Shown in pieces: positions 1 to 8,785 of a DNA stretch of 64,000 nt. Under the pieces are notes generated by a model. The model saw nothing but the letters and a program-made list of their open reading frames with translations. It ran no database searches and had not been told where the DNA came from. Origin of the DNA: Candidatus Parachristensenella avicola (GTDB lineage Bacteria; Bacillota; Clostridia; Christensenellales; UMGS416); contig CAJFUN010000024.1 of the NCBI GenBank assembly GCA_904420205.1, positions 23,442 through 87,441 on the forward strand. Direction: 5' to 3'. Made by a program: the position numbers and the translations under genes. Position 1 is the stretch's first letter. Every line of letters begins with the position of its first letter.

Positions 1-1
1 C

Positions 2-694
2 GATGGATATACAGGGGAGGAAAAATCCTGGTCGGGCCTGGTGGGCGGCGACGCCCGGCGGCTGGCGGAGGCGCCGGCCTTATGTGGCGAGTTGATGACG
101 CAGGTGATGGTAGAGGCGCTGAAGCAAGCGGAATCCAACGCCTGTATGCGGGTCATCGTGGCTGCCCCTACAGCCGGCTCCTGCGGCGTGCTGCCGGCTG
201 TGCTGATTCCTCTGTACCGGCAGGGCGCAAGCCGCGATAGAATTCTGGAGGCGCTGATTGTGGCCGCCGGGGTCGGGCAGGTCATCGCCAAGCGCGCCTC
301 CATCTCCGGTGCCGAAGGCGGCTGCCAGGCGGAGATCGGTTCGGCTTCGGCCATGGCGGCCGCAGCGGTGGTGATGCTTCGGGGCGGCACGCCGGATCAG
401 GCGGCCCATGGGCTGGCGATAGCGCTGAAAAGCCTGATGGGATTGGTATGCGACCCAGTAGCGGGCCTGGTGGAAATCCCTTGCGTCAAGCGCAATGTGA
501 TCGGAGCGGTCAACGCCCTCAGCTCGGCACAGATGGCTCTGGCAGGGATTGAAAGCAAAATCCCGGCTGATGAAGTGATCGACGCGATGCGCCGGGTAGG
601 AACGATCATGGCCCCCAGCCTGCGGGAGACCGGCGAGGGAGGATTGGCCGCCACGCCCACCGGCAGGGAAGCGGCGAAAAAACTTTTCGGTTAA
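2..694 (+). CDS. sdaAA: L-serine dehydratase, iron-sulfur-dependent, alpha subunit (5' end outside window)
   Basis: The frame is open from base 2, with no stop before the listed GTG at 41. The translation contains APTAGSCGVLPAVL, GAEGGCQAEIGSASAMAA and VCDPVAGLVEIPCVKRN, which are typical of SdaAA. Confidence 0.8.
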   Translation, partial: DGYTGEEKSWSGLVGGDARRLAEAPALCGELMTQVMVEALKQAESNACMRVIVAAPTAGSCGVLPAVLIPLYRQGASRDRILEALIVAAGVGQVIAKRASISGAEGGCQAEIGSASAMAAAAVVMLRGGTPDQAAHGLAIALKSLMGLVCDPVAGLVEIPCVKRNVIGAVNALSSAQMALAGIESKIPADEVIDAMRRVGTIMAPSLRETGEGGLAATPTGREAAKKLFG

Positions 695-696
695 CC

Positions 697-725
697 TTGC
701 AAAAGCGCCGGACGGGTGCTATAAT
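697..725 (+). promoter_or_regulatory. sigma-A type promoter of the aro operon leader
   Basis: TTGCAA (697-702), a 17-nt spacer, then TATAAT (720-725), read directly from the sequence. Confidence 0.7.
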
Positions 726-749
726 AACTCCAACGTTTGGAGGTATCCG

Positions 750-878
750 ATGAACCGTATGCAGAACATCCAGTTTATGAGCTTTAGCTGCTACTTTTAC
801 TTTAGCAGCTTTTTTGGCGTTGCTTCCAATGATGCTCATGCGGGTGTTCGGCTGCCGGCCATTCGGGCTGCAGCATAG
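750..878 (+). CDS. putative Phe/Tyr-rich leader peptide (42 codons) of the aro operon attenuator
   Basis: GGAGG at 739-743 lies 6 nt upstream of ATG 750. The peptide is MNRMQNIQFMSFSCYFYFSSFFGVASNDAHAGVRLPAIRAAA, with stop TAG at 876-878. Codons 9-22 carry 6 Phe and 2 Tyr. It is too short for the supplied ORF track. Confidence 0.6.
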   Translation: MNRMQNIQFMSFSCYFYFSSFFGVASNDAHAGVRLPAIRAAA

Positions 879-893
879 AGTCACAGGAATCAG

Positions 894-929
894 AGAGGAT
901 TCGCATGAAGCGGATCCTCTTTTTATTTT
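894..929 (+). terminator. intrinsic terminator (attenuator) between the leader ORF and aroF
   Basis: An 11-bp stem pairs 894-904 with 910-920 (AGAGGATTCGC / GCGGATCCTCT, one G-U pair) around the loop ATGAA. It is followed by TTTTTATTTT, and the aroF SD/ATG begins only 20 nt downstream. Confidence 0.75.
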
Positions 930-948
930 ACTCAAGGAGGGAATTGGA

Positions 949-1986
949 ATGATCGTAATTATGAAGCCCCAAGCGACGGCGCGGCAAACCGACGAGGTGA
1001 TGCAAATGCTGATTACCTCGGGTATGCAGGTGCAGATGAACCGGGGAACCCAGTGCACGGTGCTGGGCGTGCTGGGCGACACTACACAGGTGGATCCGGA
1101 TTCCATTGAGCTCTGCCCCGGCGTAGAGCGGGTTATGCGGGTACAGGAGCCCTATAAAAAGGCAAATCGCAAATTCCACCCGGAGAACAGCGTGATCGAG
1201 GTAGGCGGTGTGAAGGTCGGAGGAGAGGCGCTGGCGCTGATCGCGGGTCCCTGCTCGGTGGAAAATGAGGCGCAGATCTGCGGCATCGCAAAGGAAGTGC
1301 AGGCCTCGGGCGCCAATCTGCTGCGGGGCGGCGCCTTTAAGCCACGCACCTCGCCTTACGCCTTCCAGGGTATGGAGTGGGAGGGCCTTGAGCTGCTGGA
1401 CAAGGCCCGCGACCAAACCGGGATGCCCGTGGTCAGCGAGATGATGAATCCCCAGCATATGGAGCTTTTCTGCGATATGGTGGATGTGATCCAGATTGGC
1501 GCACGGAACATGCAGAATTTTGACCTGCTTAAGCAGGTGGGTCAGACCCGTAAGCCGGTGCTGCTCAAGCGTGGGCTCTCGGCTACGATCGAGGAGTGGC
1601 TGATGTCGGCTGAATACATTATGGCGGCGGGCAACCCAAATGTCATTCTCTGCGAGCGGGGTATTCGGACCTTTGAGACCTTCACCCGTAACACGTTGGA
1701 TCTTTCGGCTATCCCGGCGGTCAAGCGGCTGAGCCATCTGCCGGTGGTGGTGGATCCTTCCCATGCCAGCGGGATGAGCTGGATGGTGGAACCCCTGGCG
1801 CTGGCAGCCATTGCCGCCGGAGCTGACGGCCTTATCATCGAGGTGCACGATAATCCCGCCAAAGCCCTTTGCGACGGGCCGCAGTCGATTACGCCCGCCC
1901 AGTATGACGCGCTGGTCAAGAAGATCAGCGGCCTGGCCAGCCTGATGGGCCGCAAGGTGGAAGGAGGGCGCCATGCAAACGCTTGA
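949..1986 (+). CDS. aroF: 3-deoxy-7-phosphoheptulonate (DAHP) synthase, type I-beta with N-terminal ferredoxin-like/ACT-like regulatory domain
   Basis: AAGGAGGG at 933-940 precedes ATG 949. MIVIMKPQ...GVLGD...GPCSVE...LRGGAFKPRTSPYAFQG...KRG...CERGIRTFE...DPSH aligns with Thermotoga-type DAH7PS. The listed start at 814 would read through the terminator, so I rejected it. Confidence 0.9.
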   Translation: MIVIMKPQATARQTDEVMQMLITSGMQVQMNRGTQCTVLGVLGDTTQVDPDSIELCPGVERVMRVQEPYKKANRKFHPENSVIEVGGVKVGGEALALIAGPCSVENEAQICGIAKEVQASGANLLRGGAFKPRTSPYAFQGMEWEGLELLDKARDQTGMPVVSEMMNPQHMELFCDMVDVIQIGARNMQNFDLLKQVGQTRKPVLLKRGLSATIEEWLMSAEYIMAAGNPNVILCERGIRTFETFTRNTLDLSAIPAVKRLSHLPVVVDPSHASGMSWMVEPLALAAIAAGADGLIIEVHDNPAKALCDGPQSITPAQYDALVKKISGLASLMGRKVEGGRHANA

Positions 1987-3043
1987 GGTGAACGCTCCGA
2001 ACGGGCGCTATGCGATTTGGGCTAAAAGGGGGCTCCTGCAGGACATGGAGGCCTTCCTTCCCCTGCTGGAGGGAGGCGCGGCGGCGATTATCACCGACGA
2101 CACGGTGCGCGGACTTTATGGAGAGCGCCTCCGCGCTGCGTTGGAGGCTGCCGGCGTTCGGTGCATGCTTTTTTCCTTTCCAGCGGGAGAAGAGAGCAAA
2201 AACCACGCGACCCTCTGCGCAGCCTATGGGGCGCTGATGGAGCAGGGCATGACCCGGAAGGATACCATCATCGCCCTGGGCGGCGGCGTGGTGGGCGACC
2301 TGGCGGGCTTTACCGCCGCCACGCTGCTTCGAGGCGTCCCCTTTATCCAAGTCCCTACGACGCTGCTGGCTCAGGTGGACTCCTCGGTGGGCGGTAAGGT
2401 CGCGGTGGATATTCCGGCCGGCAAGAATTTGGTGGGCGCTTTTTACCAGCCGCGCCGCGTCCTGATTGATCCGGATACCCTAACCACCTTACCGCAGCGG
2501 CAGCTAGCCTGCGGGATAGGCGAGATGATCAAGCACGGGGCCATTGCCAGCCGCACCCTGTGGGACGAGATGGCCGGCATGCCCAAGGCGGCGCTTTTGC
2601 AGCGTGCAGATGAACTCGTGATAGAGAATTGCCGCATTAAGGCCGGCTATGTGGAGGCCGATCCGCTGGATAAGGGCCTACGCATGACCCTGAACTTCGG
2701 ACATACCTTGGGCCACGCGTTGGAAAAGCAGATGGGCTATGGGACGCTGACCCATGGCGAGGCGGTAGCCATGGGTATGGAAGCCATGACCCGCTGGGGG
2801 GAAGCATGGGGCATGACGGAACCTGGCACCCATGCAGCGATGGTGTCCATGCTTCAAAAGTGGGGGCTGCCGGATCATGCGCCGGAGGATGCGGCTGAAA
2901 TATTGCTGCGTGAAGCGAGCTATGACAAAAAGGCCGCCGGCAGCCGAATCACGTTGGTCGCGCTGAAAAGGCTGGGCGAAGCCGTGCTGCTTCCCCTGGA
3001 GCGCGAGGCGCTCCGCCAGCGGATGGAGGCGCTGATGGCATGA
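1973..3043 (+). CDS. aroB: 3-dehydroquinate synthase
   Basis: GGGVVGDLAGF, DSSVGGK and the NFGHTLGHALE motifs are present. The start overlaps the aroF stop, suggesting translational coupling. Confidence 0.9.
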   Translation: MQTLEVNAPNGRYAIWAKRGLLQDMEAFLPLLEGGAAAIITDDTVRGLYGERLRAALEAAGVRCMLFSFPAGEESKNHATLCAAYGALMEQGMTRKDTIIALGGGVVGDLAGFTAATLLRGVPFIQVPTTLLAQVDSSVGGKVAVDIPAGKNLVGAFYQPRRVLIDPDTLTTLPQRQLACGIGEMIKHGAIASRTLWDEMAGMPKAALLQRADELVIENCRIKAGYVEADPLDKGLRMTLNFGHTLGHALEKQMGYGTLTHGEAVAMGMEAMTRWGEAWGMTEPGTHAAMVSMLQKWGLPDHAPEDAAEILLREASYDKKAAGSRITLVALKRLGEAVLLPLEREALRQRMEALMA

Positions 3044-4290
3044 GCCGCGCTGTTACCGTAAAGCCCGCCAGTTTTGCCGGCACAGTGCAAGCGGTGCCTT
3101 CCAAATCGGATGCCCACCGCGCGCTGATTGCCGCCGCCCTGGCTGGCGGAGAATGCCGCCTGAGCGACTGGGGCGACAGCGACGACGTGCGGGCCACGCT
3201 TCAAGCCCTGGAGGCGCTGGGCTTGATCCGGACACGATCAGGCTTCTCCCTTTCCGGAGGGGGATCCATGCGCTCGGATGTGACGATTTCCTGCGGGCAA
3301 TCGGGCTCCACGCTGCGCTTTTTGATCCCGCTGACCCTGGTGCTGGGCGAGGGCGCTCGATTTACCGGGGAAGGGCGGTTGATGCAGCGCCCGCTATCGG
3401 TATATGAGCGGCTCTTTGCGCGGCAGGGCGTGGATTGGAGGCTGAAGGGCGACCAGCTTACCGTATCCGGCCGGCTGGCCGCTGGACGGTATGAGCTGCC
3501 CGGCGATGTATCCAGCCAGTTCGTGACCGGATTATGCTTTGCGCTGCCGTTGCTGGAAAAGGATTCTCAGATCGACTTTACGAGCCCGCTGGAATCGGGC
3601 GGATACGTTGGCATGACGCTGGAGACGCTTCGGCGCTTTGGCATCAAGATCCATGAACGGGCGAACGGCCTGGATATCCCCGGTGGGCAGCGGTATCATC
3701 CCGCCGTTTACGCCATAGAAGGCGATTGGTCCTATGGGGCTTTCTGGCTGGCGGCGGGCGCCATGGGCGGAGATGTAACCGTGCGCGGGCTGAAAAGCCC
3801 CAGCCGGCAGGGGGATAGCCGGGTATCGGCGATTCTTCAGGAGATGGGCGCTACGATCGCCCAATCGGGAGATACGGTGCGGGCATGCGGAAATACGCTG
3901 CGGGGAGCAGAGATTTCGCTGGCCGACGTGCCCGACCTGGCGCCGGTATTGGCCGTGGCCGCCTGCGCAGCCCATGGCCGCAGCCGGTTTACCCATGCCC
4001 GCCGCTTGCGGATCAAAGAGAGCGATCGGCTGGCGGCCATCGGCCGCATGGTGACGGACCTGGGCGGGCGGATTGAACTTGGAGAAGATGAATTTATCAT
4101 TGAAGGCGTTGGCAGGCTGAAAGGCGGCGTGGTAGAGACGCAGCACGACCACCGTATGGCCATGGCGGAGGCGGTGGCCGCGGGGATCGCCGAGGGGCCC
4201 GTTTATCTGGACGATCGGGACTGCGTCGCCAAATCGGCGCCTCCTTTCTGGGACCACTATAAAGCGCTGGGAGGCAGATGGGATGAGTAA
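3040..4290 (+). CDS. aroA: 3-phosphoshikimate 1-carboxyvinyltransferase (EPSP synthase)
   Basis: The PSKSDAHRALI, GQSGSTLRFL, LAVAA and RIKESDRL motifs are present, plus a 4-nt overlap with aroB. Confidence 0.9.
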   Translation: MSRAVTVKPASFAGTVQAVPSKSDAHRALIAAALAGGECRLSDWGDSDDVRATLQALEALGLIRTRSGFSLSGGGSMRSDVTISCGQSGSTLRFLIPLTLVLGEGARFTGEGRLMQRPLSVYERLFARQGVDWRLKGDQLTVSGRLAAGRYELPGDVSSQFVTGLCFALPLLEKDSQIDFTSPLESGGYVGMTLETLRRFGIKIHERANGLDIPGGQRYHPAVYAIEGDWSYGAFWLAAGAMGGDVTVRGLKSPSRQGDSRVSAILQEMGATIAQSGDTVRACGNTLRGAEISLADVPDLAPVLAVAACAAHGRSRFTHARRLRIKESDRLAAIGRMVTDLGGRIELGEDEFIIEGVGRLKGGVVETQHDHRMAMAEAVAAGIAEGPVYLDDRDCVAKSAPPFWDHYKALGGRWDE

Positions 4291-5374
4291 AAGCTGGGGA
4301 TATCATATGGAGGTGAGCCTGTTCGGGGAATCCCATGGCCCGGCCATCGGGGTGGTAATTTCGGGCTTGCCCGCAGGCTTGAGGCTGGATGACGCGGCCA
4401 TTGCGGCTCAGATGGCGCGGCGCGCGCCCGGAGCCGCCGATTGGTCGACGCCCAGGCGGGAGGCGGATGCGGTCAAGATTCTATCCGGCGCCTATCGGGG
4501 GCGGACGACCGGAACGCCACTGTGTGCGATCATTGAGAATACCAATACCTACAGCAACCATTACCAGGGGCTGGATCAGACGCCGCGTCCAGGCCATGCC
4601 GACTATACCGGTTCGGTCAAGTATCGCGGCTATGCCGACCCGCGAGGCGGCGGGCACTTTTCCGGAAGGCTCACCGCGCCGCTGACCTTTGCCGGAGCCA
4701 TCGCGCGGCTTTACTTGCAGGAGAAAGGCATCGATGTGGCAGGACACATATGCCAGGTGGGCGAATGCCGGGATATGCCGGTCGATTTGGCAGAACCGGA
4801 TATGCGGGCGATGCATGACGCTGCCGTGGGCTTCCCCGCCCTTTTGCCGGAGGCCCGCGAGGCGATGGCGGAAGCGATTCGGGCGGCACGGGCAGAGGGA
4901 GATTCTCTGGGCGGCGCGGTGGAGGTCTTTGCTACCGGGGTGCCGGCTGGCTTGGGCGATCCCATCTTTTCCGGGTTTGAGAGCCATTTCGCCAGCCTGT
5001 GTTATGGGATTCCTGCAGTAAAGGCCGTGGAGTTCGGCGCGGGGCCGGATTTCGCTTATCTGCGGGGCAGTCAGGCGAATGATTGCTTTTGCTGGCGAGC
5101 GGGCAAAATTGCTACGGAAACCAACCACACGGGCGGCGTCAACGGGGGAATCACTAACGGCATGCCATTGGCGGTGCGGGTTGCCTTCCGTCCCACGCCC
5201 TCCATCAGCCGTGAACAGGAAACGGTCAACCTTGAGGGCGGAGCGGTTCGCCTGGCGATCAAGGGCCGGCATGACCCTTGTATCGTACCCAGGGCCCTGC
5301 CGGTGGTCGAGGCGGCCCTGGCGCTGACCATTATGGACTTTATGCTGGAGGATGCGAGCGATGCAATTGGATGA
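4283..5374 (+). CDS. aroC: chorismate synthase
   Basis: The FGESHGPAIG, RPGHADY and GGGHFSGR motifs are present. The gene overlaps the aroA stop. Confidence 0.9.
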   Translation: MSKSWGYHMEVSLFGESHGPAIGVVISGLPAGLRLDDAAIAAQMARRAPGAADWSTPRREADAVKILSGAYRGRTTGTPLCAIIENTNTYSNHYQGLDQTPRPGHADYTGSVKYRGYADPRGGGHFSGRLTAPLTFAGAIARLYLQEKGIDVAGHICQVGECRDMPVDLAEPDMRAMHDAAVGFPALLPEAREAMAEAIRAARAEGDSLGGAVEVFATGVPAGLGDPIFSGFESHFASLCYGIPAVKAVEFGAGPDFAYLRGSQANDCFCWRAGKIATETNHTGGVNGGITNGMPLAVRVAFRPTPSISREQETVNLEGGAVRLAIKGRHDPCIVPRALPVVEAALALTIMDFMLEDASDAIG

Positions 5375-6464
5375 GATCCGTTTAGCCTTAGATGCGCTGG
5401 ACACGGAGCTGATCGCTTTGTTCGAGCGGCGGATGGAGCTGAGCCTGGAAGTCGCTAAGGCAAAGAAACGGGATAATTTGCCCATTTATCAGCCCGAACG
5501 GGAAAAAGCGGTGCTGGACAGCCGGGCGGCCAAGCTGAAAGATCCCTGCTGGGCGGCAGCTACCCGCCGCCTGATGCAGACGATTATGGATCTGGGCAAA
5601 GATGCGCAAATGGATTATTTAGCCCAGCTGCGCCCGATCCCTGTCGTCGCCTATCAGGGTGTGCCGGGCGGATATGGTGAGCAGGCTGCTTTGGAGCATT
5701 TCGGGACTGCCCAGTGGAAGGCCTGCGAAACCTTTGGCGCAGTGGTGCACGCGGTGCAGGCGGGCGAGGCCGACTACGGCGTGCTGCCGCTGGAAAATTC
5801 AGTGACGGGGCCGGTGGTGCAGCCTATGGATCTGCTGGCGGCCTCGGGACTCTCCATCGTAGGCGAGCGCTCGCTTCCCATCCGCCATTGCCTCGTGGGC
5901 GTTGATGGCGCTCAGGAGGAGGAGATCCGCCAGGTGGTGTCCCATGAGCAGGGCCTAGCTCAATGCAGCCAATATTTGGAATCCCACCCCGCGATGGCGG
6001 TTTCGTCCCGCAGGAACACGGCTGAAGCCGCGCGCTTTGTGGCCCAAAATGGCGACCCTACCTGTGCAGCCATTGCCTCCAGCCGGGCGGCTGAGCTCTA
6101 CGGCCTCTCGATCCTCCGGCGGGATATCCAGAACGACCGGGGAAACACGACGCGGTTTGTGATGATTGCGCGCAAGCGCTGCTCGAGCGGCAGCAAAACC
6201 TCGGTATATTTTGTGATCCGCAACGTTTCCGGTTCGCTTCAGGCGGCGCTGGAGGCGTTGGCCCGGCATGGTATTAACCTGATCGCCCTGCATACCCGCC
6301 CCATTCCCAGGGAGAAGTGGAGCTATGGATTTTTTGCCGATCTGTCCGGCGGGATGGATCAGCCGCATCTGGCTGCCGCGTTGGAGGATTTAAGCCGGCA
6401 ATGCCAGCAGATGACGGTGCTGGGCAGCTATCAGCCGGATCCGGAGGATGAACATGAGCGCTAA
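5352..6464 (+). CDS. pheA: bifunctional chorismate mutase / prephenate dehydratase (P-protein) with C-terminal ACT domain
   Basis: An N-terminal CM helix region (LDEIRLALDALDTELIALFERRMELS) is followed by PDT (VAYQGVPGGYGEQAA...NTTRF) and an ACT-like tail. Confidence 0.85.
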   Translation: MRAMQLDEIRLALDALDTELIALFERRMELSLEVAKAKKRDNLPIYQPEREKAVLDSRAAKLKDPCWAAATRRLMQTIMDLGKDAQMDYLAQLRPIPVVAYQGVPGGYGEQAALEHFGTAQWKACETFGAVVHAVQAGEADYGVLPLENSVTGPVVQPMDLLAASGLSIVGERSLPIRHCLVGVDGAQEEEIRQVVSHEQGLAQCSQYLESHPAMAVSSRRNTAEAARFVAQNGDPTCAAIASSRAAELYGLSILRRDIQNDRGNTTRFVMIARKRCSSGSKTSVYFVIRNVSGSLQAALEALARHGINLIALHTRPIPREKWSYGFFADLSGGMDQPHLAAALEDLSRQCQQMTVLGSYQPDPEDEHER

Positions 6465-6960
6465 TCTTTATTTGGTAGGCTATATGGGCGCGGGCAAAAG
6501 CACGGTGGGCGCGGCGGCTGCCAGACTGCTGGGCCGCGAATTTATCGACCTGGATCAGGTGATCGAAGCGCGGGAAGGCTGCGGCATACCGGCGATTTTT
6601 GAGCGGCAGGGGGAAGGCGGATTTCGCCTCTGCGAGCAAAAGGCCTTGCGCGCTGTTGCGGAATCTGGCGCGGTGGTTGCAACCGGAGGCGGAATCCTGA
6701 CCTATCCCGGCAACCGGGAAGCGATGGAAAAAAGCGGTGTGATTGTCTTTTTGGACAGGCCCTTGGAATCCATTTTGGCCGATCTGGATACTTCGGCGCG
6801 CCCCATGGCGGCAGGCGGACGAGAGCGGATCGTCAATCTATACCGTCAGCGAGAAGACCAGTATCGCAAGGCGGCGCAGCATCGCGTCGCCAATGCGGGC
6901 ACGCTGGAAGACGCGGCGGCGGCGGTCGCGGCTTTGGCGAGAGAGGTGTTGTTATGGTAA
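6448..6960 (+). CDS. aroK: shikimate kinase
   Basis: The P-loop YLVGYMGAGKSTVG, a size of about 170 aa, and its position in the operon. Confidence 0.85.
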   Translation: MNMSANLYLVGYMGAGKSTVGAAAARLLGREFIDLDQVIEAREGCGIPAIFERQGEGGFRLCEQKALRAVAESGAVVATGGGILTYPGNREAMEKSGVIVFLDRPLESILADLDTSARPMAAGGRERIVNLYRQREDQYRKAAQHRVANAGTLEDAAAAVAALAREVLLW

Positions 6961-7820
6961 TCGCTTCGCTTCTGGCGGTGATTGGCGACCCCATCGCCCA
7001 CAGCCTTTCACCTATGATCCATCAAACCATTTACCAGCAGGAGGGGATTGACGCGGCATATCTGCCGGTGCGCGTGGAGCGAGGCGGGCTGCCCGCCTTC
7101 CTGCAGGCAGCGGATACCTTTTCGGTAAAAGGGTTTAACGCCACCATGCCCCATAAACAGGATATTTTGCCCTATCTGAAGGCTTTGGATCCGGAAGCGA
7201 AGCGATTCGGTTCGGCCAATACCTTAAAGCGGGTGGCAGGGGGCTACATGGGCTATACCACTGACGGGCCGGGATTGAAGCGGGCTCTGGAGGAGGAAGG
7301 CGTAAGCTTTTACGGAAGGCGCATCCTGATTATGGGCGCTGGCGGCGTGACGCCTACGGTGACGGTAACGGCCGCCTTGGCCGGCGCCCAGGCGATGACG
7401 ATTCTGAACCGGCATGCCGATAAAGCGCAGGCTGCGGCCGAGCTGACAACCCGGCTTTCGGGGCTTACGCCGCAGTGGGGCGCTATGGATGGCGCGCCCA
7501 GCGCCAGGCAGGCCCAAGGCTTTGATCTGGTCATCAATACGACGCCGCTGGGCATGGCGGGCTTTGATGATTTTACGAACTTTGACTTTCTGGACACCCT
7601 AGCGCCGAAGGCGGCGGTAGTGGACCTTATCTATCATCCCTTTGCCACGTCGCTTCTGAAGGCGGCGCAGGCTCGGGGGCTGCAGGCCGTGAACGGCCTG
7701 GGCATGCTGGCATGGCAGGCCTTTTTCGCGCATGAGATCTGGTTTGGTTCGCTGCCAAGCCCCCAGACGCGCCGAACTGTGCTGGAGCAGCTTCAGGCTG
7801 CGGCTAGCGGCTGCCGATAG
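6954..7820 (+). CDS. aroE: shikimate dehydrogenase
   Basis: The translation contains IGDPIAHSLSPMIH, NATMPHK, ANT, TDG and GAGG. The start overlaps the aroK stop. Confidence 0.85.
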   Translation: MVIASLLAVIGDPIAHSLSPMIHQTIYQQEGIDAAYLPVRVERGGLPAFLQAADTFSVKGFNATMPHKQDILPYLKALDPEAKRFGSANTLKRVAGGYMGYTTDGPGLKRALEEEGVSFYGRRILIMGAGGVTPTVTVTAALAGAQAMTILNRHADKAQAAAELTTRLSGLTPQWGAMDGAPSARQAQGFDLVINTTPLGMAGFDDFTNFDFLDTLAPKAAVVDLIYHPFATSLLKAAQARGLQAVNGLGMLAWQAFFAHEIWFGSLPSPQTRRTVLEQLQAAASGCR

Positions 7821-7846
7821 GATAGGCCATAAGCGCGCAAATAGAT

Positions 7847-7890
7847 ACGGCCGCCCCGGATCGTCTGGCCGGACGATCCGGGGCGGCCGT
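7847..7890. terminator. long GC-rich hairpin between the convergent aroE and folT genes
   Basis: A 19-bp perfect stem pairs ACGGCCGCCCCGGATCGTC (7847-7865) with 7872-7890. The U-tracts are weak on both strands. Confidence 0.55.
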
Positions 7891-7905
7891 TGTTCGTTAG
7901 AGAAA

Positions 7906-8565
7906 TCAGGCGCTCTTTCGGGAACTGAAAGCTTTCATGCGCCCCCAAAGGCCTTTCCAGCGGCTGACAAAAGCCAGCTGCTGGGCGGGAACCAGGCCGG
8001 ATTTCACGGCCACCGGCAGCAGGGCGCTGAGCAGCAGCGCCATTATGACCGTTTCCAACGGCAATAGAAGCAGGTTTTTAATCGCGCTGTTCGCTAGGTA
8101 GAAATAGTAGCCCTTCCCATAGAGCATGGCGCTCCAGACGGAGCCCAGCAAGATGTTAATCCATACGTTGACCGATAGCTTGCATAGGAAGATCCGCAAA
8201 AGAGAGAGCTTGGAACGGTAAAAGAAGAGGGCGTAAAACAAGGGCCCCAGCATGCTGGTGAGGGTGTAGCCGGGAAAGAATCCGCCGGAGGGATGAACGG
8301 CAAAACCGATAAGATCCGTCACAAGCCCATAGACCAGCGCCGTCAGCGGCCCGCCGATCCAGCCAGCTACCGTGCTGACGATGAAGCTGAAATAGATGCG
8401 TAAATTTTGCGCCACCGGGATATAGAAGCCGCTGACAACGATAGAAATCGCAACAAGGACGGCCATGAGCACAAGCACACGAATGTTTTTCAATTCTTCC
8501 GCCGCAGCCCGCCAATAAGCGCCGGAAAAAGGCGAGAGCAATGTTTTGCCTTGGTTTTTCGACAT
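7906..8565 (-). CDS. folT: ECF transporter S component, folate family
   Basis: A multi-TM protein of about 219 aa resembling the FolT-family S component. It lies directly downstream of a THF riboswitch. Confidence 0.7.
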   Translation of the reverse strand: MSKNQGKTLLSPFSGAYWRAAAEELKNIRVLVLMAVLVAISIVVSGFYIPVAQNLRIYFSFIVSTVAGWIGGPLTALVYGLVTDLIGFAVHPSGGFFPGYTLTSMLGPLFYALFFYRSKLSLLRIFLCKLSVNVWINILLGSVWSAMLYGKGYYFYLANSAIKNLLLLPLETVIMALLLSALLPVAVKSGLVPAQQLAFVSRWKGLWGRMKAFSSRKSA

Positions 8566-8671
8566 AAAAAATCCACTCCTTCCATAGATAAAGTTCCTGC
8601 CTACTGGCTCTATAGAGGAATGGCCGGTTCCATGCGGACGCCTGGGAGGGCGGACGCACTGTTTCTATATG

Positions 8672-8780
8672 CAGTAACGGGATGCGAAATCTGCACCGCA
8701 AGCAGCCGACGGCTTCCTTTTCGTCCGCCTGACAACTCCCCGTTCAGGCGGCACTTAACGCGCAGAAATCTACTTTACTG
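8672..8780 (-). promoter_or_regulatory. THF (tetrahydrofolate, folT motif) riboswitch
   Basis: The minus-strand RNA is CAGUAAAGUAGAUUUCUGCGCGUUAAGUGCCGCCUGAACGGGGAGUUGUCAGGCGGACGAAAAGG...GCGGUGCAGAUUUCGCAUCCCGUUACUG. It shares the AGUAGAU...CGCGUUAAGUG...GAA.GGGA.GU.GUC...ACGAA...GCGGUG...GCAUCC blocks and the P1 pairing CAGUAA/UUACUG with the Eubacterium siraeum THF aptamer as I remember it. Confidence 0.85.
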
Positions 8781-8785
8781 CCCAC

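Noticed and set aside
814-948. An N-terminal extension of aroF back to ATG 814, as listed in the ORF track.
   Set aside because: The extension would be translated across the leader terminator (894-929) and has no SD. ATG 949 has AAGGAGGG upstream and gives the canonical MIV..KP N-terminus of type I-beta DAHP synthases.
928-1974. Long antisense ORFs opposite well-supported genes. Examples: 928-1974 (-), 3532-4257 (-), 4481-5485 (-), 15196-16347 (-), 35588-36793 (-), 53343-54320 (-), 57116-58498 (-), 55887-56750 (+).
   Set aside because: These are typical shadow ORFs of a high-GC genome. Their translations are Arg/Pro/Gly/His-rich and match no family I know. They lack SD sequences, and each overlaps a gene with clear family motifs on the other strand.
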